From positions 384,001 through 448,000 of the forward strand of contig JBBQFN010000001.1 in the NCBI GenBank assembly GCA_038321985.1: a stretch of DNA of 64,000 bases, read 5' to 3'. Position 1 is the stretch's first letter; each line of letters begins with the position of its first letter. The DNA is from Cyanophyceae cyanobacterium (GTDB taxonomy: Bacteria > Cyanobacteriota > Cyanobacteriia > Cyanobacteriales > Laspinemataceae). The notes beneath the pieces were generated by a model. It ran no database searches and had not been told where the DNA came from. It saw nothing but the letters and a program-made list of their open reading frames with translations. This document shows, piece by piece, positions 41,850 to 51,604 of this stretch. A program made the position numbers and the translations under genes.

Positions 41850-42691
41850 AGTAAAAAATGTAGCACTGTAAAAAAGAAAGGGTTAATTTTACTCGAATAC
41901 TTGTTGGATTGAAGAAGGGTTTTTTATACTTCCCAGTGTTGGCTACAAAATTGCTTCCGCTGGTATTCTAAATAAGTCTTGGATGGAAGCATTTACCTCA
42001 ATCTAATTTATGTAGCCCGGTAAATGAACAATCCCTCGGTTTATCGATACCGACGAGCTAGGGGCTATACCTGTTTTCTGGGGATCCGCTCTAGGCAACG
42101 TTAGACAAGAGAGAGTTTTTGCGGGAGAAATGCTCATGGAGATCCGGGTAAGGTGGCCTGATTAGGAGGACCGTTAGACCTAGAAACTGTAGGCGATACT
42201 CCTGATTTATAAAGTAAGTTAAAGGCGGGTTGCGTTGCTACCCCAGCATGGGAAGTCTCCCCGGAGGAGCTAGACCCCACCCTAGCATTACGCTGCTTTT
42301 AGACTAGATATTTTTCACCCTTCTATCTTGCTAGGGTACATGGATTGGGGAACAGTTCGAGGACGACTTGATGTGAATTGGAAGTAAGATGGAGTTCCCT
42401 CTATTCGGATAGGACTGGAAAGGGGAGAAAACCCCGAGTTGATCCCCTCTGCGGTGGAATCTCGGATTTTAGGGGAGTGCCAGGGACTAAAAAAGGGGAG
42501 CCTCTGTCCCTACCCCTGACAACTCTGCTATCCGGCGGTTGTTTGTTTCCAGAAAGGGGTATGCACTGGGAACTTGGAGACAGTCCCCCGGTCATTGAAG
42601 GTAGCTACAAAAGCGATCGCGCTCCTGGGCACTGCTTCAATGCCCTAGGCAAAACGCTACACTAGAATACACTCCTTAATCCCCAAAGTGT

Positions 42692-44761
42692 ATGTCCTAT
42701 TCCGACAAAACCCTCAGCTATCCCAATACTCGTAAGAGCGAGATCGTGGACGACTACCACGGCATCCAGATCGCTGACCCCTACCGTTGGTTGGAAGACC
42801 CGGACGCTGAGGAAACCAAAGCTTGGGTAGAAGCACAAAATACCGTCACCTTTGCTTATCTTAACGAAATTCCCCAGCGCGATCGCCTCAAAAATCGCCT
42901 CACTCAACTTTGGGATTATGAAAAATACGGTATCCCCTTTAAAAAAGGCGATCGCTATTTTTATTTTAAAAACGATGGACTCCAAAACCAAAGTGTTCTC
43001 TATGTCCTCAATCACCTCGATGATCAACCGAGGGTTTTGCTCGATCCCAATAAGCTCTCTGAAGATGGCACAATTGCTCTAGCGGGTATTGCTATTAGCG
43101 AAAATGCTCAATTCATGGCCTATGGTCTCTCTTCCTCCGGTTCCGATTGGCAAGAGTGGAAAGTTCGGAATGTCGAAACTGGCGAAGATTTATCGGATCA
43201 TCTCCAATGGATTAAATTTTCCGGGGCTTCTTGGACCCACGATCATCAAGGATTTTTCTACAGTCGCTATGACGAACCCAATACCAAAAGCCAATATGAG
43301 GATGTTAATTATTATCAAAAACTCTTCTATCATCGCTTAGGAACTCCTCAAGCGGAGGATATTTTAATCTATCATCGTCCCGATCAAAAAGAATGGGGAT
43401 TTAGCGGGGGAGTTAGTGAAGATGGCACGGTTCTAATCATCTCCGTCTGGCGCGGCAGCGACCCCAAAAATCTAATTTTTTACAAAGATTTAACGAATCC
43501 AGAAGCCGAAGTTGTCGAATTAATTACTGAATTTGAAGCTCAGTATGGGTTTATCGATAACGAAGGGGAGTTATTTTGGTTACAAACGGACTTAGATGCG
43601 CCACGGGGTCGGGCGATCGCCCTGAATATCCGCACTGGCGATCGGCAAGAACTGATTCCTGAAGCTGCCGAAACCTTAGAAAGTATCGGTCTTTTAAACA
43701 ATCAATTCGTTGCCGATTATCTCAAAGATGCTCGCAGCCAAATTAAACTCTTTAATTTAGATGGTTCCTTCATCCGGGAGGTTGAATTACCGGGAATCGG
43801 TTCTGCCGGTGGATTTAATGGCAAGCGCCACGACACGGAAACCTTTTATAGTTTCACGAGCTTTACCACCCCGCCCACCATTTATCACTACGATATGGTC
43901 GGCGGCAAAAGTACAATTTATCGGCATCCGCAGGTAGATTTTAACCCCGATGACTATACAACTGAACAAATCTTTTACCCCAGTAAAGATGGTACTCAAG
44001 TGCCGATGTTCATTATCCATAAACAAGGGATTCCCCGGGATGGCAATAATCCGACTTATCTCTATGGATATGGTGGGTTTAATATTTCCCTAACCCCAAG
44101 TTTTTCCGTCTCTCAAGTCGTCTGGATGGAACTAGGCGGTATCATCGCCATTCCCAATTTACGGGGGGGGGGAGAATACGGAGAGGACTGGCATCAAGGG
44201 GGGACGAAGTTAAATAAACAGAATGTGTTTGATGATTTTATTGCAGCAGCCGAGTGGTTGATCGCAGAGCACTACACGCGACCCGAGAAACTGGCGATCG
44301 CCGGGGGTAGTAATGGGGGATTGTTAGTGGGTGCCTGTATGACTCAACGTCCAGAACTCTTTGCCGCTGCGCTCCCGGCTGTCGGGGTCATGGATATGTT
44401 ACGCTTCCATAAGTTTACTATCGGCTGGGCCTGGTGTTCCGATTACGGTTCCCCAGATAACCCCGAAGAGTTTAAAGCCTTGTATGCTTACTCCCCCTTA
44501 CATAACCTCAAACCCGGTACTGCCTATCCAGCCACTTTAATCACCACGGCTGATCACGACGATCGCGTTGTTCCCGCACATAGTTTTAAGTTTGCTGCCG
44601 CCTTACAAACGGCACAAAACTCTGATGCGCCGGTGATGATTCGCATTGAAACTAAAGCGGGTCACGGGGCCGGAAAACCTACCGCTAAAATCATTGAAGA
44701 AGTAGCAGATAAGTGGGCATTTCTAGTCCGAGTTTTAGAGATGGATATCCCGGTTAAGTAG
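42692..44761 (+). CDS. Prolyl oligopeptidase (S9A)
   Basis: DPYRWLED, catalytic GGSNGG, DHDDRV and AGHGAGK. Confidence 0.96.
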   Translation: MSYSDKTLSYPNTRKSEIVDDYHGIQIADPYRWLEDPDAEETKAWVEAQNTVTFAYLNEIPQRDRLKNRLTQLWDYEKYGIPFKKGDRYFYFKNDGLQNQSVLYVLNHLDDQPRVLLDPNKLSEDGTIALAGIAISENAQFMAYGLSSSGSDWQEWKVRNVETGEDLSDHLQWIKFSGASWTHDHQGFFYSRYDEPNTKSQYEDVNYYQKLFYHRLGTPQAEDILIYHRPDQKEWGFSGGVSEDGTVLIISVWRGSDPKNLIFYKDLTNPEAEVVELITEFEAQYGFIDNEGELFWLQTDLDAPRGRAIALNIRTGDRQELIPEAAETLESIGLLNNQFVADYLKDARSQIKLFNLDGSFIREVELPGIGSAGGFNGKRHDTETFYSFTSFTTPPTIYHYDMVGGKSTIYRHPQVDFNPDDYTTEQIFYPSKDGTQVPMFIIHKQGIPRDGNNPTYLYGYGGFNISLTPSFSVSQVVWMELGGIIAIPNLRGGGEYGEDWHQGGTKLNKQNVFDDFIAAAEWLIAEHYTRPEKLAIAGGSNGGLLVGACMTQRPELFAAALPAVGVMDMLRFHKFTIGWAWCSDYGSPDNPEEFKALYAYSPLHNLKPGTAYPATLITTADHDDRVVPAHSFKFAAALQTAQNSDAPVMIRIETKAGHGAGKPTAKIIEEVADKWAFLVRVLEMDIPVK

Positions 44762-44856
44762 TAACGCCTTCAGGTGTTATCTTCTCTTAAGTTCGTAGTA
44801 ACACCTTCAGGTGTTATCTTCTTTTAAGAACGATTGAAGGTGTTACTACGAACTTA
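44758..44856. repeat. GTAG-type REP/BIME-like composite repeat
   Basis: 34-bp direct repeat (44758-44791 and 44795-44828, two mismatches) plus a perfect 22-bp inverted repeat (44788-44809 and 44835-44856). Confidence 0.8.
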
Positions 44857-44861
44857 GACGG

Positions 44862-46361
44862 TTAAAAGTCCTTGTTTAACTGGCCGATCGCCCGTTCATA
44901 GATTGACCGCGCAAAGTCGGTCCACGTTCCTTGTCCCCAGTATCGAAAACAACTGGTTTGGGTTAACATATTGTTCAGTAAAGCTTCTCGGTAGCGCGGT
45001 TCTTTGGTGAGGTTTTCATCTCCCAGTAGCGGGTCAATTTTTTGATGAAATAGGGCGCTAAGTGAATTCATGGGTCCGACTACATTTTCGTAACCTTGCA
45101 CCCAATTTAAGTTATTTGTCCACGACGAACCATCTACATGGAATTGATGGTCTTCTTGCTTTAATTCTGCGATCGCCTCGGCAATTTTTTCTGGAGTAAC
45201 ACTCTCAATATCAACCCGCTGCCAGATTTTATGTTGTTGGACGGCTTGACAAGTGGGATAATCTTCCGGTGAACAGCCTGCGGCTTCAATGAGTTCTAAA
45301 TACTCCGTGCCGTTAAGGGCGACTGTTCCCGATTTACCGCCGTTATTTTGGGCAATTTCATAGGTGGTTTTTTTGAAACCTTGGGGAAATTCATTCATCA
45401 TTACTCCCCCATTTTCACCGTCGCCGATTTGAGTAACGATTGGCGGAACAGTTACGGAACCAAGTTGCTGTTTAGAAAGGGTTTTTGCTTCATAATAGGG
45501 CTGCATTTGGGCCACTAATTTTGTATCGGACCCTTGGGTTTTAATGAGGGCGGTAATACTGATAGTTTCACCTTGGGAATTTCGGGCGACTAAACGGTGA
45601 GGAAGATGTTTGTAGCCGATACTATGACCTTCAAGGGTTTCGACGGAATGTTCTTGAACCATAATCCACCGATAGCCACTTTCTTTGAGGGCTTTGATAA
45701 ATTCAAAGAGAGTATCTGGGTGGTTAGGAAGGTGCATTTCTGGAGGTGAAAATCCTTTGACTCGGGCGAGTGCTTCCCAGCCAAAAATTGAGGCAAAATA
45801 ATGTTGCCATGCCTGAATATGCAGTTTGAGATCGGGCAGGGGAGTAGAGGGAACAACGGCATGACTCCACATGGTCCCTAACCATTCGACATGGAGATAA
45901 TATTGAGGATCGCAGGTGATCCGTTTGAGACTATCAATGACATCATGACGTCCCATTTGACGTAATCCCCACAATAAATTGCCGGAATAATCTAACATGA
46001 CTCGCGGATTACAGCCATTGGCGACGAGTTCGGGGATGAATTCTCCCATGCGGCTATAGCACCAAGAGAAGGGTCCAGCATTGTGATTATCCCCTTCGCC
46101 GGTATGCTCAAACATATATTGTAAGTGGCCGATATACTCACCATTGGGTCCGGCAGGGATGGTGGGTTGGTGCATATGTAGGGCGATCGCAAATGCAGCA
46201 CTAATATCTTCTAATCGGATATTTGTAATAGGCAAGAATACAGGCTCGTTGCGTTGAACTACGGAACGAACCTCTTTTTCCCACCCACAAATATTGGGGA
46301 ATCCGTCTGCAAATTCATTTAAGACGGGTGGATGTATGAGTGTGGGAGCGATTGAAACCAT
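44862..46361 (-). CDS. Glycoside hydrolase family 57 protein
   Basis: ALHMHQP, FSPPEMHLP, IGDGENGG and TSCFRYWG. Confidence 0.85.
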   Translation of the reverse strand: MVSIAPTLIHPPVLNEFADGFPNICGWEKEVRSVVQRNEPVFLPITNIRLEDISAAFAIALHMHQPTIPAGPNGEYIGHLQYMFEHTGEGDNHNAGPFSWCYSRMGEFIPELVANGCNPRVMLDYSGNLLWGLRQMGRHDVIDSLKRITCDPQYYLHVEWLGTMWSHAVVPSTPLPDLKLHIQAWQHYFASIFGWEALARVKGFSPPEMHLPNHPDTLFEFIKALKESGYRWIMVQEHSVETLEGHSIGYKHLPHRLVARNSQGETISITALIKTQGSDTKLVAQMQPYYEAKTLSKQQLGSVTVPPIVTQIGDGENGGVMMNEFPQGFKKTTYEIAQNNGGKSGTVALNGTEYLELIEAAGCSPEDYPTCQAVQQHKIWQRVDIESVTPEKIAEAIAELKQEDHQFHVDGSSWTNNLNWVQGYENVVGPMNSLSALFHQKIDPLLGDENLTKEPRYREALLNNMLTQTSCFRYWGQGTWTDFARSIYERAIGQLNKDF

Positions 46362-46449
46362 AATTTTAATTTCTGCTTTGACGTGGTATTTTTAGTTTAC
46401 CGTTGATTGAGTGTCTTGCACCAGACACTTTGTGAATTCCACCAAAATT

Positions 46450-47337
46450 ATGTTTCCCAGTTTTTTGCCTTCTGATGTTAATTTTCTGACTGAATCTACT
46501 TCGATCTCCCTGGCCCAAGGGATCGAGCGTCAAGATATCCTGACTTCGTTAAGCGATCGCCCGATAGGGACAAGTTTCGTTCATCAAGGCCGGGGTGGTA
46601 CGCCGATTTTGTTACTCCACGGTTTTGATAGTTCAGTGTTTGAGTTTCGGCGTCTGCTGCCTTTACTTGCAACAAATCATGAAACTTGGGCAGTAGATTT
46701 ATTGGGGTTTGGATTTAGCAGTCGCCTGCTAGAAATTCCCATTACACCTACAGCAATTAAAACCCATTTATATGAGTTTTGGACTCAATTAATTCAACAG
46801 CCGGTGATTTTAATAGGGGTATCGATGGGGGGTGCCGCTGCCCTAGATTTTACCCTTTCTTATCCGAATGCGGTGCAAAAATTAGTGTTAATTGATAGTG
46901 CTGGTTTTGCCAAGGGTCCGGCGATGGGGAAGATGATGTTTCCCCCCCTGGGGTATTTGGCAACCCAATTTTTAAAAAATCCCCGGATTCGCCAACAAAT
47001 CAGCTTAAAGGCGTATTACGATCGCGCGTTGGCTTCTACAGATGCATCAACTTGTGCGAGGCTACATTTGGCTGTCCCGGGGTGGGCTAATAGTACGATC
47101 GCCTTTACGAAAAGCGGGGGTTATAACTTTTTAGCCGATAAAATTGAGCAGGTAGATAAAGCGACTCTAATTTTATGGGGAGAAGATGACCAAATTTTAG
47201 GAACAGCAGATGCTTATAAGTTCTCGGAAGCGATCGCCGCCAGTAAGCTGATCTGGATTCCAAAGTGCGGTCATGTTCCCCACTTGGAACAACCCCAAGT
47301 TACTGCCGACTGCATTCTAGAATGGGGGAACGTGTGA
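46450..47337 (+). CDS. Alpha/beta hydrolase
   Basis: LLHGFDSS, GVSMGG nucleophile elbow, WGEDD and CGHVPHLE. ATG at 46450 preferred. Confidence 0.92.
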   Translation: MFPSFLPSDVNFLTESTSISLAQGIERQDILTSLSDRPIGTSFVHQGRGGTPILLLHGFDSSVFEFRRLLPLLATNHETWAVDLLGFGFSSRLLEIPITPTAIKTHLYEFWTQLIQQPVILIGVSMGGAAALDFTLSYPNAVQKLVLIDSAGFAKGPAMGKMMFPPLGYLATQFLKNPRIRQQISLKAYYDRALASTDASTCARLHLAVPGWANSTIAFTKSGGYNFLADKIEQVDKATLILWGEDDQILGTADAYKFSEAIAASKLIWIPKCGHVPHLEQPQVTADCILEWGNV

Positions 47338-47671
47338 GTTCCTAAACCGGGGTTGCCCGGTTACTAAAATTGTTGGGCAACTCGGTCTTTTTCGAGACAC
47401 AATATAAAGGAAAATAAAAGCTAACATGAGGGAACACAAGCACTGCCTACTCTAAAACCGAATCCCTTGGCTTTGTCTTTTTAAAGGCAGAAATCAACGG
47501 ACTCCCCCGGACCTGGGGTCCGGAAACCCACGGGGTTAAGGCCAGATTTCCCATGAATAAGGGACAGAAACTTGACCCCTGATATTTTGGGGGTCCTGGG
47601 TTAGGGGTCGGGAGTAGACAAAGGTATCGGAGTCAGAAAACGTTCAGGGCTTTGAGATTGGGAAGGAAGGA

Positions 47672-49867
47672 ATGGAAAATTTTAGCCAACAGCCGGAGGG
47701 CCGCTTGACAAACTGGACCGCCCCAAACAGTCCCCCCTTGGCGGGCTGGGAGAGTCTCCAATCGGATGAAAAAGAACTGCGGCAGGCGTATCAGCGATTA
47801 ACCTTTCATGTCGAAAACTCGCCGTTAGGGGCGATCGAGTGGGATTGTGCGATGGGAGTGAAGCGATGGTCTTCCCAAGCGGAAAAAATTCTAGGATGGA
47901 ATGCGCTAGAGGTGATGGGCACCCTTCGGCAAGATTGCCCGTTTAACTATCCCGAGGATGAACCCCGAGTTGCTGAGGCTGTGGGTCGGTTACTTAATGG
48001 TACGGAACCTCACAATGTTGTAGTTTATCGTAATTATACAAAAAATAAGAGAATAATTTGGTGTGAGTGGCACAATTCCGCGCTGTTAGATGGGGAGGGA
48101 AATCTGATTTCGATTTTATCTTTGGTACAAGATATCACCGCGCAAAAACAGGCGGAACAGGAACGGGATCAATTGATTTCTAAAATTGATCGCCAAAATC
48201 ACACCTTGGAAGCCTTGGTGCAAGAACGGACAGCGGAATTAGCCCGGACAGTGGAACGATTGGAAATTGAAATTGCCCGTCGGCAGCAACGCGATCGCCA
48301 GTTTTCTGCGATCGCCGCCAACTTGCCTGGGGTGATGTATAGGGCTATCATTCGGACCGATGGGCGGATTACGGTCCCCTTTATCAGTGATGGGATTCAG
48401 GAACTGACGGGGATCGATCCGATGGAGGCGATGGCCGATTTGCTGGGGTTATTTGCCCTGGTGCATCCGAACGATCGCATCGGGTTTTATGATCGCATGA
48501 CATCCCTGGAAGAAAAACAGCAAACCCCCGAAGATCAGGAATTTCGTATCATTACGGCTGCCGGTGAACTGAAGTGGGTGCAGGATCATACCCATTATAC
48601 AAGAATGGAGAATGGGGATACGATCGCCGATGGGATGATGTTAAATATCAGCGATCGCAAAAAGGCAGAAGAGGCGATGCGGCAACAGGTAGAACGGGAA
48701 CGCTTACTAGGGGCGATCGCCCAACGGATTCGCCAATCCTTGGATTTAACAGCAATTTTGAATACCACCGTTGAGGAAGTCCAGCAAGTGCTGGGATGCG
48801 ATCGGGTGTTAGTTTATCGCGTTTGGTCCGATGGCAGGGGCAGTGCGATCGCTGAAGCGGTCAAACCCGGTTGGCTTCAGGTCTTAAATCGCGTCTTTCC
48901 CGAAGAAGTTTTTCCAGCAGAAAATTATCAACGGTATATCGAGGGACGAATTTGTGCTGTGGTTGACCGGGATGCGGGACAGATTGTCCCCTGTTTGGTG
49001 GAGTTTATGAAAAGTATCGAAGTGCGAGCGAAACTGGTCGTTCCCATTGTCGAAAAAGATACTTTGTGGGGATTGTTAATCGCTCATCAATGTTCCAGGC
49101 CGAGGCAGTGGCAAGGCTGGGAAATCGACCTACTGGCTTCTTTGGCAACCCAACTGGCGATCGCCATTCAGCAGTCGGAACTTTACGAACGTCTCCAAGT
49201 TGAACTAAGCGATCGCAAAAAAGCTCAATGCCAAATCAAAGCCTCCCTTGAAGAAAAAGAACTTCTCCTCCAAGAAGTTCATCATCGGGTCAAAAATAAT
49301 TTGCAGGTGATTTCCAGTATCTTTTCCCTACAAAGTTCCTACATTGAAGAACCGCGCATTTTGTCAATTTTACGCGATAGTCAAAACCGGATTGCTTCAA
49401 TGGCCTTGATCCATGAAAAACTTTACCACTCTGACACTCTAGCCAAAATTGATTTTGATGATTACATTGAAACTCTAACAGCGAACTTATTTGCTTGCTA
49501 TAATATCAGCCCCCAAAAAATTGGCTTAAAGTTACAAATTGAAAATGTATCTCTCAACTTAGACACAGCAATTCCTTGCGGATTATTGTTAAATGAATTA
49601 GTTTCTAATTCTTTAAAACACGCCTTTCCAGCGGATGAATCAGGAACCATTTTTATTGAATTTTCAGCCGAGTCAAATCACCAGTTAAAGCTAATTGTGC
49701 GCGATACAGGGCGGGGCTTGCCGGAAGGGTTGGATTTCCAAAAAAATAATTCTCTAGGATTGCGTCTAGTCCGGGCTCTAACGCGACAATTGCGGGGAAC
49801 TCTTGATATTAAAAATAGTCACGGAGCTTACTTTCAAATTACCTTTCCCTCTCCTCAAGGTGTTTAG
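47672..49867 (+). CDS. PAS-PAS-GAF (green/red CBCR-like)-HisKA_2-HATPase sensor kinase
   Basis: GAF FPEEVFP...YIEGR...IVPCLVEF...RAKLVVPI. H-box [30 protein letters not shown]. Confidence 0.9.
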   Translation: MENFSQQPEGRLTNWTAPNSPPLAGWESLQSDEKELRQAYQRLTFHVENSPLGAIEWDCAMGVKRWSSQAEKILGWNALEVMGTLRQDCPFNYPEDEPRVAEAVGRLLNGTEPHNVVVYRNYTKNKRIIWCEWHNSALLDGEGNLISILSLVQDITAQKQAEQERDQLISKIDRQNHTLEALVQERTAELARTVERLEIEIARRQQRDRQFSAIAANLPGVMYRAIIRTDGRITVPFISDGIQELTGIDPMEAMADLLGLFALVHPNDRIGFYDRMTSLEEKQQTPEDQEFRIITAAGELKWVQDHTHYTRMENGDTIADGMMLNISDRKKAEEAMRQQVERERLLGAIAQRIRQSLDLTAILNTTVEEVQQVLGCDRVLVYRVWSDGRGSAIAEAVKPGWLQVLNRVFPEEVFPAENYQRYIEGRICAVVDRDAGQIVPCLVEFMKSIEVRAKLVVPIVEKDTLWGLLIAHQCSRPRQWQGWEIDLLASLATQLAIAIQQSELYERLQVELSDRKKAQCQIKASLEEKELLLQEVHHRVKNNLQVISSIFSLQSSYIEEPRILSILRDSQNRIASMALIHEKLYHSDTLAKIDFDDYIETLTANLFACYNISPQKIGLKLQIENVSLNLDTAIPCGLLLNELVSNSLKHAFPADESGTIFIEFSAESNHQLKLIVRDTGRGLPEGLDFQKNNSLGLRLVRALTRQLRGTLDIKNSHGAYFQITFPSPQGV

Positions 49868-50010
49868 ATTTTTAAAGGGATTCACAGCCCGGTTAAAAAC
49901 TCAACCCCTATTGCTTTACCCCAGACAATTTCGGTTTTATAATTGATCCCAAACTTGAAGAACAGAAATTCTGTCCGATAGTACCTATTCAAAGTTCGGA
50001 AAAAACTGCA

Positions 50011-51135
50011 ATGTCACCTATAAAAATTCTGGTTGTAGAAGATGAAGCCATTATTGCTGAAGATATCGCCCTTCGCCTAGAAAAAATGGGGTACGAGGTG
50101 GTGGATATCGTCGCCTCGGGAGAAGAAGCGATCGCCGCCGCTGCTATTCATCATCCGAATTTGGTACTCATGGATATCATGCTTCAAGGGCTGATGGACG
50201 GGATTATGGCAGCGGATAAAATTCGGGAAACCTTAGAAATTCCCGTGGTATATTTAACCGCTTATGCGGATGAACATACTTTAAAGCGAGCAAAAATTAC
50301 CCAGCCTCTCGGCTACATTCTCAAACCTTTTCGCGAGACGGAACTCTGGGTTACTATCGAAATTGCCTTATCTCGCCATGACGCTGAAATGGAAGTTAAA
50401 AAAGCTGTACATACTGCGGAGAATAAGCGTTATAAGGCAGAAGAAATCAGCCAAATGAAATCTCAGTATCTTTCAATGGCTGCCCATGATTTTCGTAATC
50501 CTCTTACCACTATTCAATCTTCAGCGGAATTGATTCAGGAGTACGTAAATAATTGGCCGCCGGAAAAAACGCAAAAACATCTAGAACAAATTGTCATGGC
50601 AACGGAAAGCCTGAATCAGATACTTGAAGATATTTTAAAATTTGGAAAGGCCGATTTTAAAAAGATCACCTTAAACCCGGTCCCCTTAAATTTGGCCTCT
50701 TTTTGCGCGGGGATTGTGGAAACGTTCCAATTGAATGGGGATGATGGTTATCGCCTAATTTTTACGCAACGAGGAGAGGCCAAAACCGCCTACCTAGACC
50801 AAAAATTACTCTGGCATTTGTTCAATAATTTGATTGCCAATGCGATTAAGTATTCTCCGGCTGGGGGAGAGATTTCGATTACTTTATCCTTTGAGAGGGA
50901 CGAAGTAATATTTCAAATTTGCGATCGCGGGATTGGCATTGATCCCCAAGAAATCAATACCCTATTTGTACCTTTTTCCCGCGCTTCCAATGTTGGAACT
51001 ATCCCCGGAACAGGTTTGGGACTGGCGATCGTCAAACGTTCCGTAGATTTGCACCAGGGTCAAATCACCGTAGAAAGTGAACTGGGTCAGGGGACGACTT
51101 TTACCGTCACTCTTCCCCTGCTTCCAGTCCCGTAA
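50011..51135 (+). CDS. Hybrid REC-HisKA-HATPase
   Basis: VVEDE...MDIMLQG...KPF, AHDFRNPL, NAIKYS and GTGLGL. Confidence 0.92.
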   Translation: MSPIKILVVEDEAIIAEDIALRLEKMGYEVVDIVASGEEAIAAAAIHHPNLVLMDIMLQGLMDGIMAADKIRETLEIPVVYLTAYADEHTLKRAKITQPLGYILKPFRETELWVTIEIALSRHDAEMEVKKAVHTAENKRYKAEEISQMKSQYLSMAAHDFRNPLTTIQSSAELIQEYVNNWPPEKTQKHLEQIVMATESLNQILEDILKFGKADFKKITLNPVPLNLASFCAGIVETFQLNGDDGYRLIFTQRGEAKTAYLDQKLLWHLFNNLIANAIKYSPAGGEISITLSFERDEVIFQICDRGIGIDPQEINTLFVPFSRASNVGTIPGTGLGLAIVKRSVDLHQGQITVESELGQGTTFTVTLPLLPVP

Positions 51136-51138
51136 GAG

Positions 51139-51576
51139 TCAGCCTTTTACCCGTTCTCGAAGAGTCTCTTCTAATCGATCTAACAAGGTATCCACATCAG
51201 CAGATACTTTTTCAAAACATTGGGGAGGCGGTGGATCGGTGACAAATTCTATCACCTTGAGTTGCCCTTGATTAATCCCGACGAGGAGAACCTCAGTTTC
51301 CGGATTAAACCCCTCTACAATTCCCACCACTTCTTGTAACATACTACTCACGGTTTCATTGAGTTTGTGTACCGCCTCTTTTGGACAGTAAACAAAATGA
51401 GGCGTGGGTATCAAATCGATTCCCATCACGCTGCCATTATGTTGATTTTCCAGCCACAGCCCCCAAGAAAGGGCCGCTAATTCCTGTTGGTGGGCTTTGG
51501 CAAAATCCGCTAATTCGTGACGCCATCGGTCCTCTTCTTTCTCTGGCTGAAGGTTGCCCGGTAAAAAACCAGTCAT
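51139..51576 (-). CDS. ccmS: Probable beta-carboxysome assembly chaperone CcmS
   Basis: DRWRHEL..F...QQELAALSWGLWLE, GIDL.PTPHFVYCP and PPPQCF, recalled as the CcmS (Slr1911-like) signature. Confidence 0.7.
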   Translation of the reverse strand: MTGFLPGNLQPEKEEDRWRHELADFAKAHQQELAALSWGLWLENQHNGSVMGIDLIPTPHFVYCPKEAVHKLNETVSSMLQEVVGIVEGFNPETEVLLVGINQGQLKVIEFVTDPPPPQCFEKVSADVDTLLDRLEETLRERVKG

Positions 51577-51604
51577 TTCTGTTTCTCTTTCGTTCCAGAT
51601 TGAA

